DNA of 64,000 nucleotides from an uncultured Spirochaetota bacterium (GCA_963745235.1 CAVUXE010000003.1:32001-96000); one strand, 5' to 3'. Counted from the stretch's first letter, positions 1 to 10,277 are shown. Program-made: numbers and translations. Notes: generated from the sequence alone by a model not told the origin.

Positions 1-1406
1 AGGTCTTCGGAAATGAGGAGGATCCCGCTGCCCGAATCCCGGACTTTTCGAAGAAGATCCCTGACTGACACGGCACTGCGAGCGTCGAGGCCTCGCGTGG
101 GGTAGAGGGCGATGACGAGCTTCGGCTCGTGAGCCATCTCCCTTGCAACCACGACGCGCTGCACATTCCCCCCGGAGAGCCCGCCCACCGGCATGGCAAG
201 CCGGGGAAGAGGGAAATCGAGGGTCCGAAACGAATCTCCCATCCTCGTTTCGAGGGAACCCCAGTCTATGGATGCCCCTTTCCAGTAGCGTCGTCCCGTG
301 CCCAGGACGAGATTCTCCCGCACGGACATGCCGGGCACGGCCGCCATTCCCAGGCAATCTTCCGGCACGAAGGCCACACCGGCGTCCCGCATCCTCGCGA
401 TGGACCATCGGGACGCGTCGGCCCCGCGGAAGAGTTTCCTGCCGGCCGCCAGGGGGCGGAGGCCGAGGATGAGGTCCCCGAGCTCCTTCTGTCCGCTCCC
501 GGACACCCCGGCCACGCCGACAATCTCCCCTTCCCCGATCCGCAGCTCGATGTCCCGCAGCGCCGTTTCGCTGCCCCTGGCCCGGGTGCCGGCGCCGTGG
601 AGCTCCAGGAGGTCTTTCGCGCCCCGCGTCGCCCGGCCGGCATCCGGCGTTTGGCCTCGTTCACCGACGCCTTTCTCCCCGAACATCATTGTGACAAGCG
701 TCCCGGCGTCCGCCTTTCCTCGGGGCAGCTCACCGGTAACCCGCCCCTGGCGCATGACGGTGATGCGGTCCGCGCAGGAGATGACTTCCCGCAGCTTGTG
801 CGTGATGAAGAGGATTGCGTACCCTTCCGCCTTCAGCGCCTCGAAGACCTGGAAGAGCTCCAGCACCTCGTGGGGCGCCAGGACTTTCGTCGGTTCGTCC
901 AGGATGAGGACCCTGGCTTCCGCAAGCAGAAGCTTGAGGATCTCCACCTTCTGCTGGTCCCCGATGGAAAGCTGGCGCACTGGCGCGCCGGGATCCACGC
1001 GGAGGCCGAAACGCCCGGCGAGGCGTCGAATGCGCGCCTCCACCGCGGACGTGCGCACCACTGCGGGAAGGTCGGTGAGGAAGAGCGCTATGTTTTCCGC
1101 GACACTGAGGGCAGGGATGAGCATGAAGTTCTGGAAGACCATCCCAATGCCCATGGCCCGCGCGTCTCGCGGGGAGCGCAGGTCGACCGCCGTGCCGCCG
1201 CGGAGGATTTCCCCTGAGTCGGGACGCGTGAAACCGTAGAGGATTTTCGAGAGGGTGCTCTTCCCGGCCCCATTTTCCCCCAGAAGGGCGTGGACCTCAC
1301 CGCCCTTGAGCGTGAGGCTCACCCGGTCGTTTGCCAGGACGCTCCCGTATCTCTTTGTGATGGAGCGCGCCTCGATCAGGTCCGCTCCGTCCGCCGGTAC
1401 GTTCAT
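1..1406 (-). CDS. Sugar/nucleoside ABC transporter ATP-binding protein (two ABC domains); 3' end runs off the window
   Basis: Manual translation from ATG 1406: MNVPADGADLIEARSITKRYGSVLANDRVSLTLKGGEVHALLGENGAGKSTL (Walker A). GGAGGAG RBS upstream. Missing from the ORF track because no stop lies in the window. Confidence 0.9.
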   Translation of the reverse strand, partial: MNVPADGADLIEARSITKRYGSVLANDRVSLTLKGGEVHALLGENGAGKSTLSKILYGFTRPDSGEILRGGTAVDLRSPRDARAMGIGMVFQNFMLIPALSVAENIALFLTDLPAVVRTSAVEARIRRLAGRFGLRVDPGAPVRQLSIGDQQKVEILKLLLAEARVLILDEPTKVLAPHEVLELFQVFEALKAEGYAILFITHKLREVISCADRITVMRQGRVTGELPRGKADAGTLVTMMFGEKGVGERGQTPDAGRATRGAKDLLELHGAGTRARGSETALRDIELRIGEGEIVGVAGVSGSGQKELGDLILGLRPLAAGRKLFRGADASRWSIARMRDAGVAFVPEDCLGMAAVPGMSVRENLVLGTGRRYWKGASIDWGSLETRMGDSFRTLDFPLPRLAMPVGGLSGGNVQRVVVAREMAHEPKLVIALYPTRGLDARSAVSVRDLLRKVRDSGSGILLISED

Positions 1407-1436
1407 CCGACCTCTCCTCCTGGCGTCAGCAGCGCA

Positions 1437-1835
1437 TTACGGCGGGCTGCCCCCCGATCCTGAGCGGGACCCAGTGCTCGCTCCATAGTCCAGCGAGTCC
1501 TGGGAACCTATGCTCGAATAATACTCGATCTCGGCCGTGACGGCGCGCTCCCAGTCCGAGGCGGGAAGCCATTCGCTGGACAGCGGCGGCCCTTCCTCTA
1601 TCCGGTACTCCATCGCATTGTCTCCTCTCAGGACCACGGTGAGAGTCAGCCGCGGATAGCTGTGCAGCGTGACGCCGTCCCTGCGCGCATCGCTTGGCTG
1701 ACAGCCGAACTCGCGTCGAAACGCGCGGGGGAAAGAATCAGGGGAGTCATAGCCGAAGCGCAGGGCGAGCTCGATCACCTTCCTCCCTCCCCCAGTGGAT
1801 AGGACCATTGCGGCCTCGGAAAGCCTGCGCCTGCG
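1437..1835 (-). pseudogene. Degraded AraC-family regulator with GyrI-like effector domain (remnant)
   Basis: Second AraC HTH (RRRLSEAA...IELALRFGYDSPDSFPRAFRREFG) and linker MEYRIEE join directly to SEWLPASDWE...EIEYY. The N-terminus and most of the GyrI domain are missing. The terminal WSEHWVPLR motif is in another frame near 1485. Confidence 0.7.
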
Positions 1836-1916
1836 CGCCCTGCTGGGGCGGCGGCCGCACAACGAATAGCACATTGGCCGGGGAGAGTTGTCCAAAGTGG
1901 ACCCGAAGAGCCGACG

Positions 1917-3377
1917 CTAATCGCCGGATACGGCAATCTCCTCCGTCGGCGACTCCGGCACCTGCTCCCCTTCGATTCGCTGGCCCGCCACCATGTGAGG
2001 CTGGGACGCCATTTTTTCGATGGTTGCCCGTGCCCACCAATAGCCGGCCGCAGCCATGACCAGGTTTGTCGCGGCCAGGGCAATCCACGCGGCCCGAAGC
2101 GGCAGGTTCAGGGGACGAAGCAGGATGTAAGCCGCCGGGATGGCTATGGCGACCCGCACCAGCGTCAGGAAGAACCCGGGCCACGAGCGGCCCACCGCCT
2201 GCAGGGAGCTGATCTCCACGAACAGCATGGCATAGAGACCGTACGTGAAAGGGATCGTGAGGAAGTATGCCCGTGCATATTCGCTCACCCGGGGGTCCGT
2301 GGTGAATACGCCAATGATCTGGTTGTGGAACGCGACTACCGCAAAACCGAAGATCGTTGCGATTCCAAATCCCCACCCGAGGGTTGCACGGTACGCTGCC
2401 CGCACGCGGGCGAATTGCCCTGCGCCGGTGTTCTGCCCCAGCATTGCGAGGGCGGCCACACCGAATCCAATGGCGGGAAGGTAGGCAAAGAACTCCACGC
2501 GGAACCCGATGGAGAAGCTGATTGCTCCCGCTTCAAGGAAGCGGCTCGATATGATCACCGTGAACAGTGACAGAGACAGAGGGCCTACCACGTTTGTCAA
2601 CGCCGCGGGAAGGCCGATATTGAGCACCTGCTTGACCGAGATCCACCGGATGCGCAGGCGCGCCCACCTCAGCGCCACCATCATAGTAGCCCTCTTGAGA
2701 ATGACGAGACCCGCCACCAGGACCATGAGCTCCGCGAAGAGAGTTGCGAGCGCAGAGCCGCTGACCCCCATCGCGGGAAACCCCACCCACCCGAAGATCA
2801 GGATGGGATTCAGGACGGCGTTGACGACCGTGGAGACGACGAACAGGATCGTTACAGTCTTGTTGTCACCCTGGGAGCTGAAAGCGAAGACCACGGAAAA
2901 CATCAGGAAGACCAGGATGGAGCCGCCGGAGACCCAGGTGAAATACTGCAGGGCCAGCGGCAGGATCGAGCCCGTGGCGCCGGAAGCCACCAGAAGCTGG
3001 GTCCGGAAGACGAGGCAGACGGCCGTAAAGACCACGCCCGCGATCGCGGAGAGCACGAAGGACTGGCCAAGGATCCTTTCGGCCTCCGCGATGTTCCTGC
3101 GCCCGATGTTCATGGCCATGAGAACGCCGGAGCCAACGGTGATCCCCATGCTGAGGGAAACCATGATGAACAGAGTGATCTGCGAAATGCTCACGGCCGC
3201 GATGGCTGCGGGAGCGAGCTTGCTCACCCAGAACGCGTCCACCGCGTTGTAGAGAGTCTGGAAAAATATCGAAAGCATGACAGGCCACGCCAGCGACCAT
3301 ATCTGTGGCATGAGCCTCCCCTGCGTCAGGTCCTGTCCGCGCAAAACTGCCTCCTGAACGGGTTGCGCGCGGAGCAT
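1917..3377 (-). CDS. MATE family efflux transporter
   Basis: DLTQG...LAWPVMLSIFFQTLYNAVDAFWVSKL motif, about 12 hydrophobic segments, GQNTGAG in the second half. Start chosen at ATG 3377. Confidence 0.92.
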   Translation of the reverse strand: MLRAQPVQEAVLRGQDLTQGRLMPQIWSLAWPVMLSIFFQTLYNAVDAFWVSKLAPAAIAAVSISQITLFIMVSLSMGITVGSGVLMAMNIGRRNIAEAERILGQSFVLSAIAGVVFTAVCLVFRTQLLVASGATGSILPLALQYFTWVSGGSILVFLMFSVVFAFSSQGDNKTVTILFVVSTVVNAVLNPILIFGWVGFPAMGVSGSALATLFAELMVLVAGLVILKRATMMVALRWARLRIRWISVKQVLNIGLPAALTNVVGPLSLSLFTVIISSRFLEAGAISFSIGFRVEFFAYLPAIGFGVAALAMLGQNTGAGQFARVRAAYRATLGWGFGIATIFGFAVVAFHNQIIGVFTTDPRVSEYARAYFLTIPFTYGLYAMLFVEISSLQAVGRSWPGFFLTLVRVAIAIPAAYILLRPLNLPLRAAWIALAATNLVMAAAGYWWARATIEKMASQPHMVAGQRIEGEQVPESPTEEIAVSGD

Positions 3378-3550
3378 GCGCCGCGCGCTTACCACAAAGG
3401 ATAGTGGCCGGAGGGCGTTGTCGACAATTGGAGCTCAGAAAGGGGATGGCGTCATCCGAGGTTATAGGAGGGTGGTCTGAGAACGGGTATGAGACATTGT
3501 TCTCATATTGTCATATAGTACCACCGTCATACCTTCTGCAAGGAGCTCGT

Positions 3551-5989
3551 GTGAAGCGACTCTTCGCTTTCGGGTATCTGGCAGTCCTGTTCTTTCTGGG
3601 CACGCCGCTGGTGAGGTCGGATCCCCTTGTCGTTGGGGACGGCCCCCACTACAGCCTGGGCGGTCATCTGGAGATCCTGCGGGATGACACGGCCGCCATG
3701 ACGTTCGCCCAGGTTTCAGCGAGCTCCTCCTGGGCGGCCACGCCGGAGGATGAGCCGAACCCCGGGTTCTCGAATGCCGTCTATTGGGTCAGGTTCCAGC
3801 TCGAATCCCGCACGGCACACCGGCTCCTCCTGGTCTTCCAGTACGCCAATGTCGATTTCGTGGATCTGTTCGTGGCCTATCCCGACGGGGGGCTGCGGCA
3901 CATGGCCTCGGGTGACGACATCCCTTTTGCAGAGAGATCGATCGCCCACCGGTATCCGCTTTTCCCGCTGACTCTGCCGACGGCTCAGCCAGTCTGGTGT
4001 TACGTGCAGCTGCGGGATCCAAACAGCCTGTTTCCGCTTTCAGTCTGGGACGAGGCGGCCTTCCGCAGGGCTGACAGCGACCAGCAGCTGGTCATTGGGC
4101 TATTCGTCGGGCTCTTCCTCATCGGCCTTCTGTTCAACGCGCTGTTCTTTCTCGCAACCCGAGACAGGGCGTATCTCTACTATTTCTTCTTTGTGCTGTC
4201 GTACCTCGTCTTCGAGCTCGCGTTCAGGGGCATCGCGGGCGAGTATCTCTGGCCATGGCACACCTGGATTGACGATGCGGTGGAAGTGACCGCGGCCTCT
4301 GTTGCCATCACGATGGGGCTCGCATTCACCCGCAGCTTCCTCCAGACGAAGACCTGGGCGCCCTTCATGCACGTATTCCTCGGCGGGGTTCTTTTCGCGG
4401 GCGCGGTGAACACGCTCTGCACGCTCGTATTTCCGTTTGTGATCATGGTCCAGGTGACGAATGCATACCTCCTTTTCGCGGCGATCGTTCTCATTCCGAG
4501 CGCCTTCATCGTGCTTCGCCGTGGTTTTCGAGCGGCGCGCTTCTACCTGGCCGCGTGGGTCATGCTCCTGGCGGGCGGCATCATCTTTGCGCTCTTGAAC
4601 CTGGGCCTGCTGCCGAGCAACCCGTTCACGCGGAACGCGCTCTCCGTGGGCGGGTCACTCGAAATGGTCCTCCTCTTCCTGGCCATCGTGGACCGGTACC
4701 TGCTCCTGCGTCGCGACGGCGAGAAGATGCAGACGGAACGGCTGGAAGCCGTTGAGAAGAGGCTCTACTCGGACACACTGACGGAGCTTCCCAACCGCAA
4801 CCGGCTCATTGCCGACCTGCAGCAGGGGAAGGCCGTCACGATCATCCTGGTCAACATCGACCATTTCAAGGAGATCAACGACTGCTTCGGACAGAAGGCG
4901 GGAGACCACGTCATCATCGAGCTCGGCAACCGCATTCGTGGCGCGGTTTCCGAGCGCAGCGGCGCGGTCTACCGGCTGCACGCGGATGAGTTCGCCGTCG
5001 TGCTGGAGTCCACCTCGGACGGGAGCGATCTCGCCGCGCTGGGCCGAACGCTCGTCTCGCGCTGCCAGGACCATCCCTACCTGTATGAAAACGAGACCCT
5101 CCGCCTGGATGTCAGCGTGGGAATGGCGGTGACCAGCGCCCGTCACCTGGAGAGAGCAGACATGGCTCTCTCGGTGGCGCGGTCCCGCAAGACGCCGGTC
5201 GTCTACGAGCCCGGGCTCGAGGTGTTGAAGAGGTTCGCCGACAACCTCCACTGGCTGCACGTCATCCGCGAATCGATCGAGGAAGACCGCATCATTCCTT
5301 TCTTCCAGCCCATCCGGAACAACCAGACCGGATCCATCGACAAGTACGAATCCCTCATGAGGATCCGCATGAGGGACGGTGTCTTCGTGGCACCGGGCGC
5401 CTTCTTCCCGGTGGCGAAGAAGAGCAAGCTCTACCCGGAGCTCTCCCGCGTGATCATCGAGAAGACCGCCGGGATCATGAGGACTCTCGACCAGGAAGTG
5501 TCCATCAACGTGTCCCTGGAGGACATTACTCACCCCGACGTCCGCGCGGTCATAGACCAGGTCGTCTCCCAGCGGGACATCGGGCCGCGCGTCGTCTTCG
5601 AGCTGCTCGAATCCGAAGGCATCGAGAACTACGACGAGGTTTCGCACTTCATCCAGCTGATGAAGGACAAGGGATGCAAGATTGCCATCGATGATTTCGG
5701 GGCCGGGTACTCCAACTTCGCGCATATCCTCCGCCTCCGGGTGGATTACCTGAAGCTGGATTCCTCTCTCATCAAGTCCATCGTGGAGGATGCCAACGCC
5801 CGCTGCATAGTCCAGACCATCGTCTCGTTCGCCCGGAGCCTGGGAATTCAGACCATCGCGGAGTTCGTGCACAACGAAGCCGTGCAGAATGTGGTTGACT
5901 CGATGGGGGTGAACCATTCCCAGGGGTATTTCATCGGCGAGCCGCGTCCCATGAAGACAGAATCCCAGATTTTCAAGCCGGCCGAGTGA
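3551..5989 (+). CDS. 7TMR-DISM sensor (extracellular DISMED2 plus 7TM) with degenerate GGDEF and EAL domains; probable c-di-GMP phosphodiesterase
   Basis: GTG start after AGGAG; signal peptide; YWVRFQL...SGDDIPFAER; 7 TM; DTLTELPNR; RLHADEF in place of GGDEF; FQPI...YESLMR, IAIDDFGAGYSN, IAEFV, SQGYF. Confidence 0.9.
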   Translation: MKRLFAFGYLAVLFFLGTPLVRSDPLVVGDGPHYSLGGHLEILRDDTAAMTFAQVSASSSWAATPEDEPNPGFSNAVYWVRFQLESRTAHRLLLVFQYANVDFVDLFVAYPDGGLRHMASGDDIPFAERSIAHRYPLFPLTLPTAQPVWCYVQLRDPNSLFPLSVWDEAAFRRADSDQQLVIGLFVGLFLIGLLFNALFFLATRDRAYLYYFFFVLSYLVFELAFRGIAGEYLWPWHTWIDDAVEVTAASVAITMGLAFTRSFLQTKTWAPFMHVFLGGVLFAGAVNTLCTLVFPFVIMVQVTNAYLLFAAIVLIPSAFIVLRRGFRAARFYLAAWVMLLAGGIIFALLNLGLLPSNPFTRNALSVGGSLEMVLLFLAIVDRYLLLRRDGEKMQTERLEAVEKRLYSDTLTELPNRNRLIADLQQGKAVTIILVNIDHFKEINDCFGQKAGDHVIIELGNRIRGAVSERSGAVYRLHADEFAVVLESTSDGSDLAALGRTLVSRCQDHPYLYENETLRLDVSVGMAVTSARHLERADMALSVARSRKTPVVYEPGLEVLKRFADNLHWLHVIRESIEEDRIIPFFQPIRNNQTGSIDKYESLMRIRMRDGVFVAPGAFFPVAKKSKLYPELSRVIIEKTAGIMRTLDQEVSINVSLEDITHPDVRAVIDQVVSQRDIGPRVVFELLESEGIENYDEVSHFIQLMKDKGCKIAIDDFGAGYSNFAHILRLRVDYLKLDSSLIKSIVEDANARCIVQTIVSFARSLGIQTIAEFVHNEAVQNVVDSMGVNHSQGYFIGEPRPMKTESQIFKPAE

Positions 5990-6040
5990 CGGCCGCCGGG
6001 CACTGGAAGGCAGGAACGGGCCGCGGAGCCAGAAGGGGAA

Positions 6041-7129
6041 TCAACCGTCGGGCAGGAGGTTGCCGCTGCTCCCCGTTTCATCGGAGGGCTGGCTTTCGTA
6101 GAGCTCCCGGAAAACATCCTGGGAACCCCGAAAGACTTTGAGAAGGTCCGGCGAGAAATGCTCTGGCCGTGTCCGCTCGTCCCCGCGGGTCAGGATTTCC
6201 ATGACCTGGGCGTGGCCGTACGCCGGCTTGTAGGGTCGACTGCTTCGCAGCGCGTCGTACTGGTCGCACATCATCAGGATGCGGCCGCACAGGGGTATCG
6301 CCTCCCCCGCAAGACCGCGCGGATATCCGCTCCCGTCCCACCGCTCGTGGTGGGTCAGCGAGATCTCTGCGCCCATTTTCACGTACGGCGTTGTTCCCTT
6401 TTTCAATATGTTCCAGCCGAGGAGCGTGTGGTTCTTCATGATCTCCCACTCCTCGGTATCGAGCGGGCTCGGCTTGAGCAGGATCCGATCCGGAATCCCG
6501 ATCTTTCCGATGTCATGCATCGGGCTGGCATAGAGGATGCAATCCACGTAGTGGTCGTCCATGCCGCACCTTCGCGCAAGCTCTGCTGACAGCGCACTGA
6601 TGCGGCGGACGTGGGCACCGGTGTCCTCATCCCGATATTCGGCCGCGCTGGTCATCAGATAGACGGTCTCCCGGTACTGGTTTCGAAGCTGCGCCGTCCT
6701 TTCCTGGACCTCGGATTCCAGGGTGCGGCTGTGCTGGACGACAATGTCGTGGTATTCCTTCATGCGCAGGAGATTGCGGACCCGGGCCCGCAGCTCGGAT
6801 CTCTCCACGGGCTTGGCCAGGAAATCCTCCGCCCCGGCCTGGAACGCCTCGGTCCGTGAATCGGGGTTCGCGAACCCGGTGATGACAACGATGGGAATGA
6901 CCCGAGACCTCTCCTGCGCTTTCAGCCTCTGAAGGACATCCAATCCACCGATACCGGGCATCACAAGGTCCAGGAGGATCAAGTCCGGCAGCTCCGCTTC
7001 CACCGCCTCCAGGGCTGCCTGCCCGCTCGCGGCAGTCCGCGTCCGGTAGCCGTCCTCCCTGAGCATGGACTCGAACAGGGTGCGGTTCAACTCCTGGTCG
7101 TCGACAATAAGCACTACCGGGTTGTTCAT
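6041..7129 (-). CDS. Response regulator with HD-GYP phosphodiesterase domain (RpfG family)
   Basis: REC (VLIVDD, LLDLVMP, FLAKP) followed by EYRDEDTGAH, HDIGK and HHERWDGSGYP. Confidence 0.93.
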   Translation of the reverse strand: MNNPVVLIVDDQELNRTLFESMLREDGYRTRTAASGQAALEAVEAELPDLILLDLVMPGIGGLDVLQRLKAQERSRVIPIVVITGFANPDSRTEAFQAGAEDFLAKPVERSELRARVRNLLRMKEYHDIVVQHSRTLESEVQERTAQLRNQYRETVYLMTSAAEYRDEDTGAHVRRISALSAELARRCGMDDHYVDCILYASPMHDIGKIGIPDRILLKPSPLDTEEWEIMKNHTLLGWNILKKGTTPYVKMGAEISLTHHERWDGSGYPRGLAGEAIPLCGRILMMCDQYDALRSSRPYKPAYGHAQVMEILTRGDERTRPEHFSPDLLKVFRGSQDVFRELYESQPSDETGSSGNLLPDG

Positions 7130-7185
7130 GCAGGAGCTTCCGCGATCCAATATTGCATAATTCCGCGGTTGGGTCATCATTGGGC

Positions 7186-7647
7186 ATGGCGTTTTCACTG
7201 TCCTCGGCGGGCTTCACGCCCGCAGGCGGAATACCCAGGACATTCACCGCTGACGGCAGGGATATTTCCCCCGCGCTGAGCTGGGAGGACCCGCCGCCGG
7301 GGACCCAGGCTTTTGCTCTCGTCTGCGATGACCCGGACGCCCCCGCGGGAACGTGGGTCCACTGGGTGATCTGGAACATCCCGGCCTCGGCAAAGGGGCT
7401 CGGTGAAGCAGTCCAGCACATCAAGACCCTGCCGGACGGCAGCGCTCAGGGCAAAAACGACTTCGGGCGGATGGGCTACGGGGGCCCGAGCCCTCCGCCC
7501 GGAAAGGCGCACAGGTACTTCTTCCGATTGCATGCGCTGCGGGAAAAGCTTCCCCTTGCAGCCGGGGCAGGCCGCGGGGAGCTGGAACGAGCCATGCAAG
7601 GGAAGATACTCGCCACCGCCGAGGTCTTCGGCACCTACAAGAGATGA
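7186..7647 (+). CDS. YbhB/YbcL family (PEBP/Raf kinase inhibitor-like) protein
   Basis: DISPALSW, DDPDAP, WVHWVIWNIP, GYGGPSPP...HRYFF motifs. Confidence 0.93.
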   Translation: MAFSLSSAGFTPAGGIPRTFTADGRDISPALSWEDPPPGTQAFALVCDDPDAPAGTWVHWVIWNIPASAKGLGEAVQHIKTLPDGSAQGKNDFGRMGYGGPSPPPGKAHRYFFRLHALREKLPLAAGAGRGELERAMQGKILATAEVFGTYKR

Positions 7648-8300
7648 GGACGCTGCTCGATCGTTCTCCCGCGGAGATCGTCCAGGTCATCATCATCATC
7701 GTGATGAGCCTGACGGTCCACGAGTTCGCGCATTCCCTGGTGACCATCACGCTGGGAGACGACACACCCCGGCGCCAGGGCCGGCTGACGTTGAACCCGC
7801 TGGCTCATATTGACCTGGTCGGCTTCATCATGCTGGTCATTGCCGGGTTCGGATGGGCAAAGCCTGTCCAGATCAACCCTGCCAACCTGAAAAAGCCGCG
7901 GCGGGACGAGATCCTGATCGCCCTCGCCGGTCCGGTTTCGAATCTCCTGTTCGCGATGGTGGCCGTTGTCGTCATGGGGGCGGTCTTTTCCACCCATGCG
8001 CTGGTTTCTCCACGCTCGCTGCAGGACTTCGGCAACTTCATGCTGATGCTTGCGGCCATCAACGTGAGCCTCGCCATCTTCAACATGATCCCCATCCCGC
8101 CCCTGGACGGGTCGCACCTGGTGACGCCTTTCCTCGGCAGGATCAACACTGCCGTGGCGGCAACGTACTTCCGCTATGGATCTCTCCTCCTGCTGGGCAT
8201 CATCCTCATTCAAAGCTTCACGAGAGTGGACATACTGCACATCGGCCGCCTCACCTATTCCATCGTGGCCTGGATGCTCCGCCTGGTCGGAATTGCCTGA
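7644..8300 (+). CDS. Site-2 protease family (M50) membrane metalloprotease
   Basis: HEFAH zinc motif, GRLTLNPLAHID, GWAKPV, AGPVSN, FNMIPIPPLDG. ATGA overlap with the upstream gene. Confidence 0.93.
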   Translation: MRTLLDRSPAEIVQVIIIIVMSLTVHEFAHSLVTITLGDDTPRRQGRLTLNPLAHIDLVGFIMLVIAGFGWAKPVQINPANLKKPRRDEILIALAGPVSNLLFAMVAVVVMGAVFSTHALVSPRSLQDFGNFMLMLAAINVSLAIFNMIPIPPLDGSHLVTPFLGRINTAVAATYFRYGSLLLLGIILIQSFTRVDILHIGRLTYSIVAWMLRLVGIA

Positions 8301-8322
8301 GGCGGCACCGGCCCATCTTACG

Positions 8323-8381
8323 TGCTTAAAATTATGCAATAACTCTTGACAGCCGCCGCACATTGTGCTTAAAATTAAGCA
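8323..8381 (+). promoter_or_regulatory. Sigma70-type promoter of the ankyrin-SBP operon flanked by two palindromic operators
   Basis: TGCTTAAAATTATGCA (8323-8338), -35 TTGACA (8346-8351), TGCTTAAAATTAAGCA (8366-8381) overlapping -10 TAAAAT (8370-8375). Confidence 0.75.
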
Positions 8382-8405
8382 TGTTGACGGAAAGGAGGGC
8401 GGATC

Positions 8406-9089
8406 ATGCGACGCATGGCTTTTCTCACCTTTGGCGTGGCGTCTTTGGTTCTTCTGGCCGGGTGCTCAAAGCCGGATACGAGGTCGACGTTTGACATCGC
8501 GCGGGACGGAACACCGCAGGCTGTCAAGACCGCAATCGACAGGGCAAAAGGCACGGACGGCAATACGCGGGAATACACCCAGGGCAAGACCCTGCTGATG
8601 TGGGCTGCCCAGTTCAACAGCAACCCGGAGGTGACCGCGGTGATCCTGAAATCCGGCGCAGATCTGGAGGCGCGGGACTACGACTCATCCGCGTACGGCT
8701 GGACGGCGCTGATGTGGGCGGCAGATTCTTCGAAGAACCCCGAGGTGATCACGACCCTTGTCAAAGCGGGCGCTGATGTCAAGGCAAAGGACAAGGAAGG
8801 CTTTACTCCGCTCCTGATCGCCGCGGAGAACAACGAGAACGCCGCGGTTGTCGCCAGGGTCGCAAGCGTCGGTTCAGACCTGGAGGCGAAGGACAACAAC
8901 GGATATACGGCCCTGATACAGGCCGCAAGCAAGAATCACAACCCTGACGTCGTTGTCGCGCTGCTCAGTGCGGGAGCCAACGCAAAGGTGAAAAACGCCA
9001 AGGGATACACGGCCCTGGACTACGCGAAGGTCAACCAGTATCTGAAAAACACTGACGCATTCAAAAAACTCGAGGAGGCATCCCGGTAG
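8406..9089 (+). CDS. Ankyrin-repeat lipoprotein
   Basis: Lipobox LLAGC; repeated GxTxLxxAA units (GKTLLMWAA, GWTALMWAA, GFTPLLIAA, GYTALIQAA, GYTALDYA); AAGGAGG RBS. Confidence 0.92.
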   Translation: MRRMAFLTFGVASLVLLAGCSKPDTRSTFDIARDGTPQAVKTAIDRAKGTDGNTREYTQGKTLLMWAAQFNSNPEVTAVILKSGADLEARDYDSSAYGWTALMWAADSSKNPEVITTLVKAGADVKAKDKEGFTPLLIAAENNENAAVVARVASVGSDLEAKDNNGYTALIQAASKNHNPDVVVALLSAGANAKVKNAKGYTALDYAKVNQYLKNTDAFKKLEEASR

Positions 9090-9128
9090 ACGGGCCTGGT
9101 CCGCAGGCGACCAGAAGGGAGATCGAGC

Positions 9129-10271
9129 ATGAAATTCCTGCAAGCATCCCTCGCATTTGTCATGGCTGTCAGTGCCGTCGTCATGGGCTGCCAGCAGGCG
9201 CCGAAAGAGGTGAAGATTGCCATTGTCGCGCCTCTCTCAGGCGGCCTCTCGGGGTGGGGGGACCTGCTCCGCAACGGTGTCATGTTGGCAGTGGATGAAT
9301 GGAACGCGCAGGGCGGTGTCCTGGGGAAGAAGATTTCTGTTGTCAGCGCTGACAGCCAGGGTGACCCCGCGGTGGTCGTCAGCGCGGCCAACACGGTGAT
9401 TGCCTCGGAGAAAGTTCACTATATGGTCGGGGATGTCTTCTCCAGCCTTTCAATTCCCCTTTCGAACGCGGCAAACGGCGCAAAGGCCATCGTGATCACG
9501 CCGACATCCACAAACAGTGCGGTCACGGTCGACGCGAATGGCTCAACCAAGGCGTACGTCTTTCGCGCCTGCTTCAGCGATCAGTTCCAGGGCCGTGCGG
9601 GTGCCTCTTTCGCGTTCGGAAATCTGAAAGCCCGAAAGGCCTGCGTGATGTTCGATCCCGCGGATGTCTACGTCCGCGGCCTGGCGGAGGCATTTGCGGA
9701 GGCCTTCACCAGGCGCGGCGGAACCGTCGTGGGAAAGGAGAGCTATTCGAACACTGACACCGACTTCTCAAAGACTCTGGCCGCAATCAAGACCGCGGCT
9801 CCCAATGTCATCTACCTCCCGGCGGCCTCCATCCCACTGGTGAACCTCGTCACGGAAAAGGCAAAGGAGGCGGGGATCGGGGCTGCTTTCCTGGGAGGCG
9901 ATTTCTGGGATTCCCCTCAACTCGACCTTGATGCGGCGGAGGGAAGCTACTTTACGAATCACTACTGGCCGGCTGACCAGAGGCCGGAAGTGCGGGCCTT
10001 CGAAAAGGCATACGATCAGAAATATTCGGCCCCCGGTGCGCCGGACATCGTTGCCGGTTTATCCTACGATGCCGCGAACCTGCTGCTGCAGGCAATCCAG
10101 AAAGCAGGCAGGGACGACGTTGCCAGCGTGAGAGCCGCCCTGGAAGGCATCAGCTTCAAGGGGGTCAGCGGCACAATCACTTTCGACGCTCAGCACAACG
10201 CGGTGAAGAGCGCGACGATTGTCCACGTCACCGGCGGAAAGACGGTCCTTGACTCGTATGTTTCACCTTGA
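9129..10271 (+). CDS. LivJ/LivK-type ABC substrate-binding lipoprotein (paralog 1)
   Basis: VKIAIVAPLSG, NAQGGVLGKKI, YVFRACFSDQFQG, YDAANLLLQAI, FKGVSGTITFD; signal ending VVMGC. Confidence 0.9.
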   Translation: MKFLQASLAFVMAVSAVVMGCQQAPKEVKIAIVAPLSGGLSGWGDLLRNGVMLAVDEWNAQGGVLGKKISVVSADSQGDPAVVVSAANTVIASEKVHYMVGDVFSSLSIPLSNAANGAKAIVITPTSTNSAVTVDANGSTKAYVFRACFSDQFQGRAGASFAFGNLKARKACVMFDPADVYVRGLAEAFAEAFTRRGGTVVGKESYSNTDTDFSKTLAAIKTAAPNVIYLPAASIPLVNLVTEKAKEAGIGAAFLGGDFWDSPQLDLDAAEGSYFTNHYWPADQRPEVRAFEKAYDQKYSAPGAPDIVAGLSYDAANLLLQAIQKAGRDDVASVRAALEGISFKGVSGTITFDAQHNAVKSATIVHVTGGKTVLDSYVSP

Positions 10272-10277
10272 CTCCGA

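Noticed and set aside
129-1239. Long plus-strand ORFs (362 and 313 aa)
   Set aside because: They are antisense to the ABC ATPase, which has an RBS and Walker motifs.
3433-3482. GGGGATGGCGTCATCC hairpin resembling the start of a fluoride riboswitch
   Set aside because: The downstream conserved elements (AAACC...GCTRATGAC) are absent and the neighbouring genes are not typical targets.
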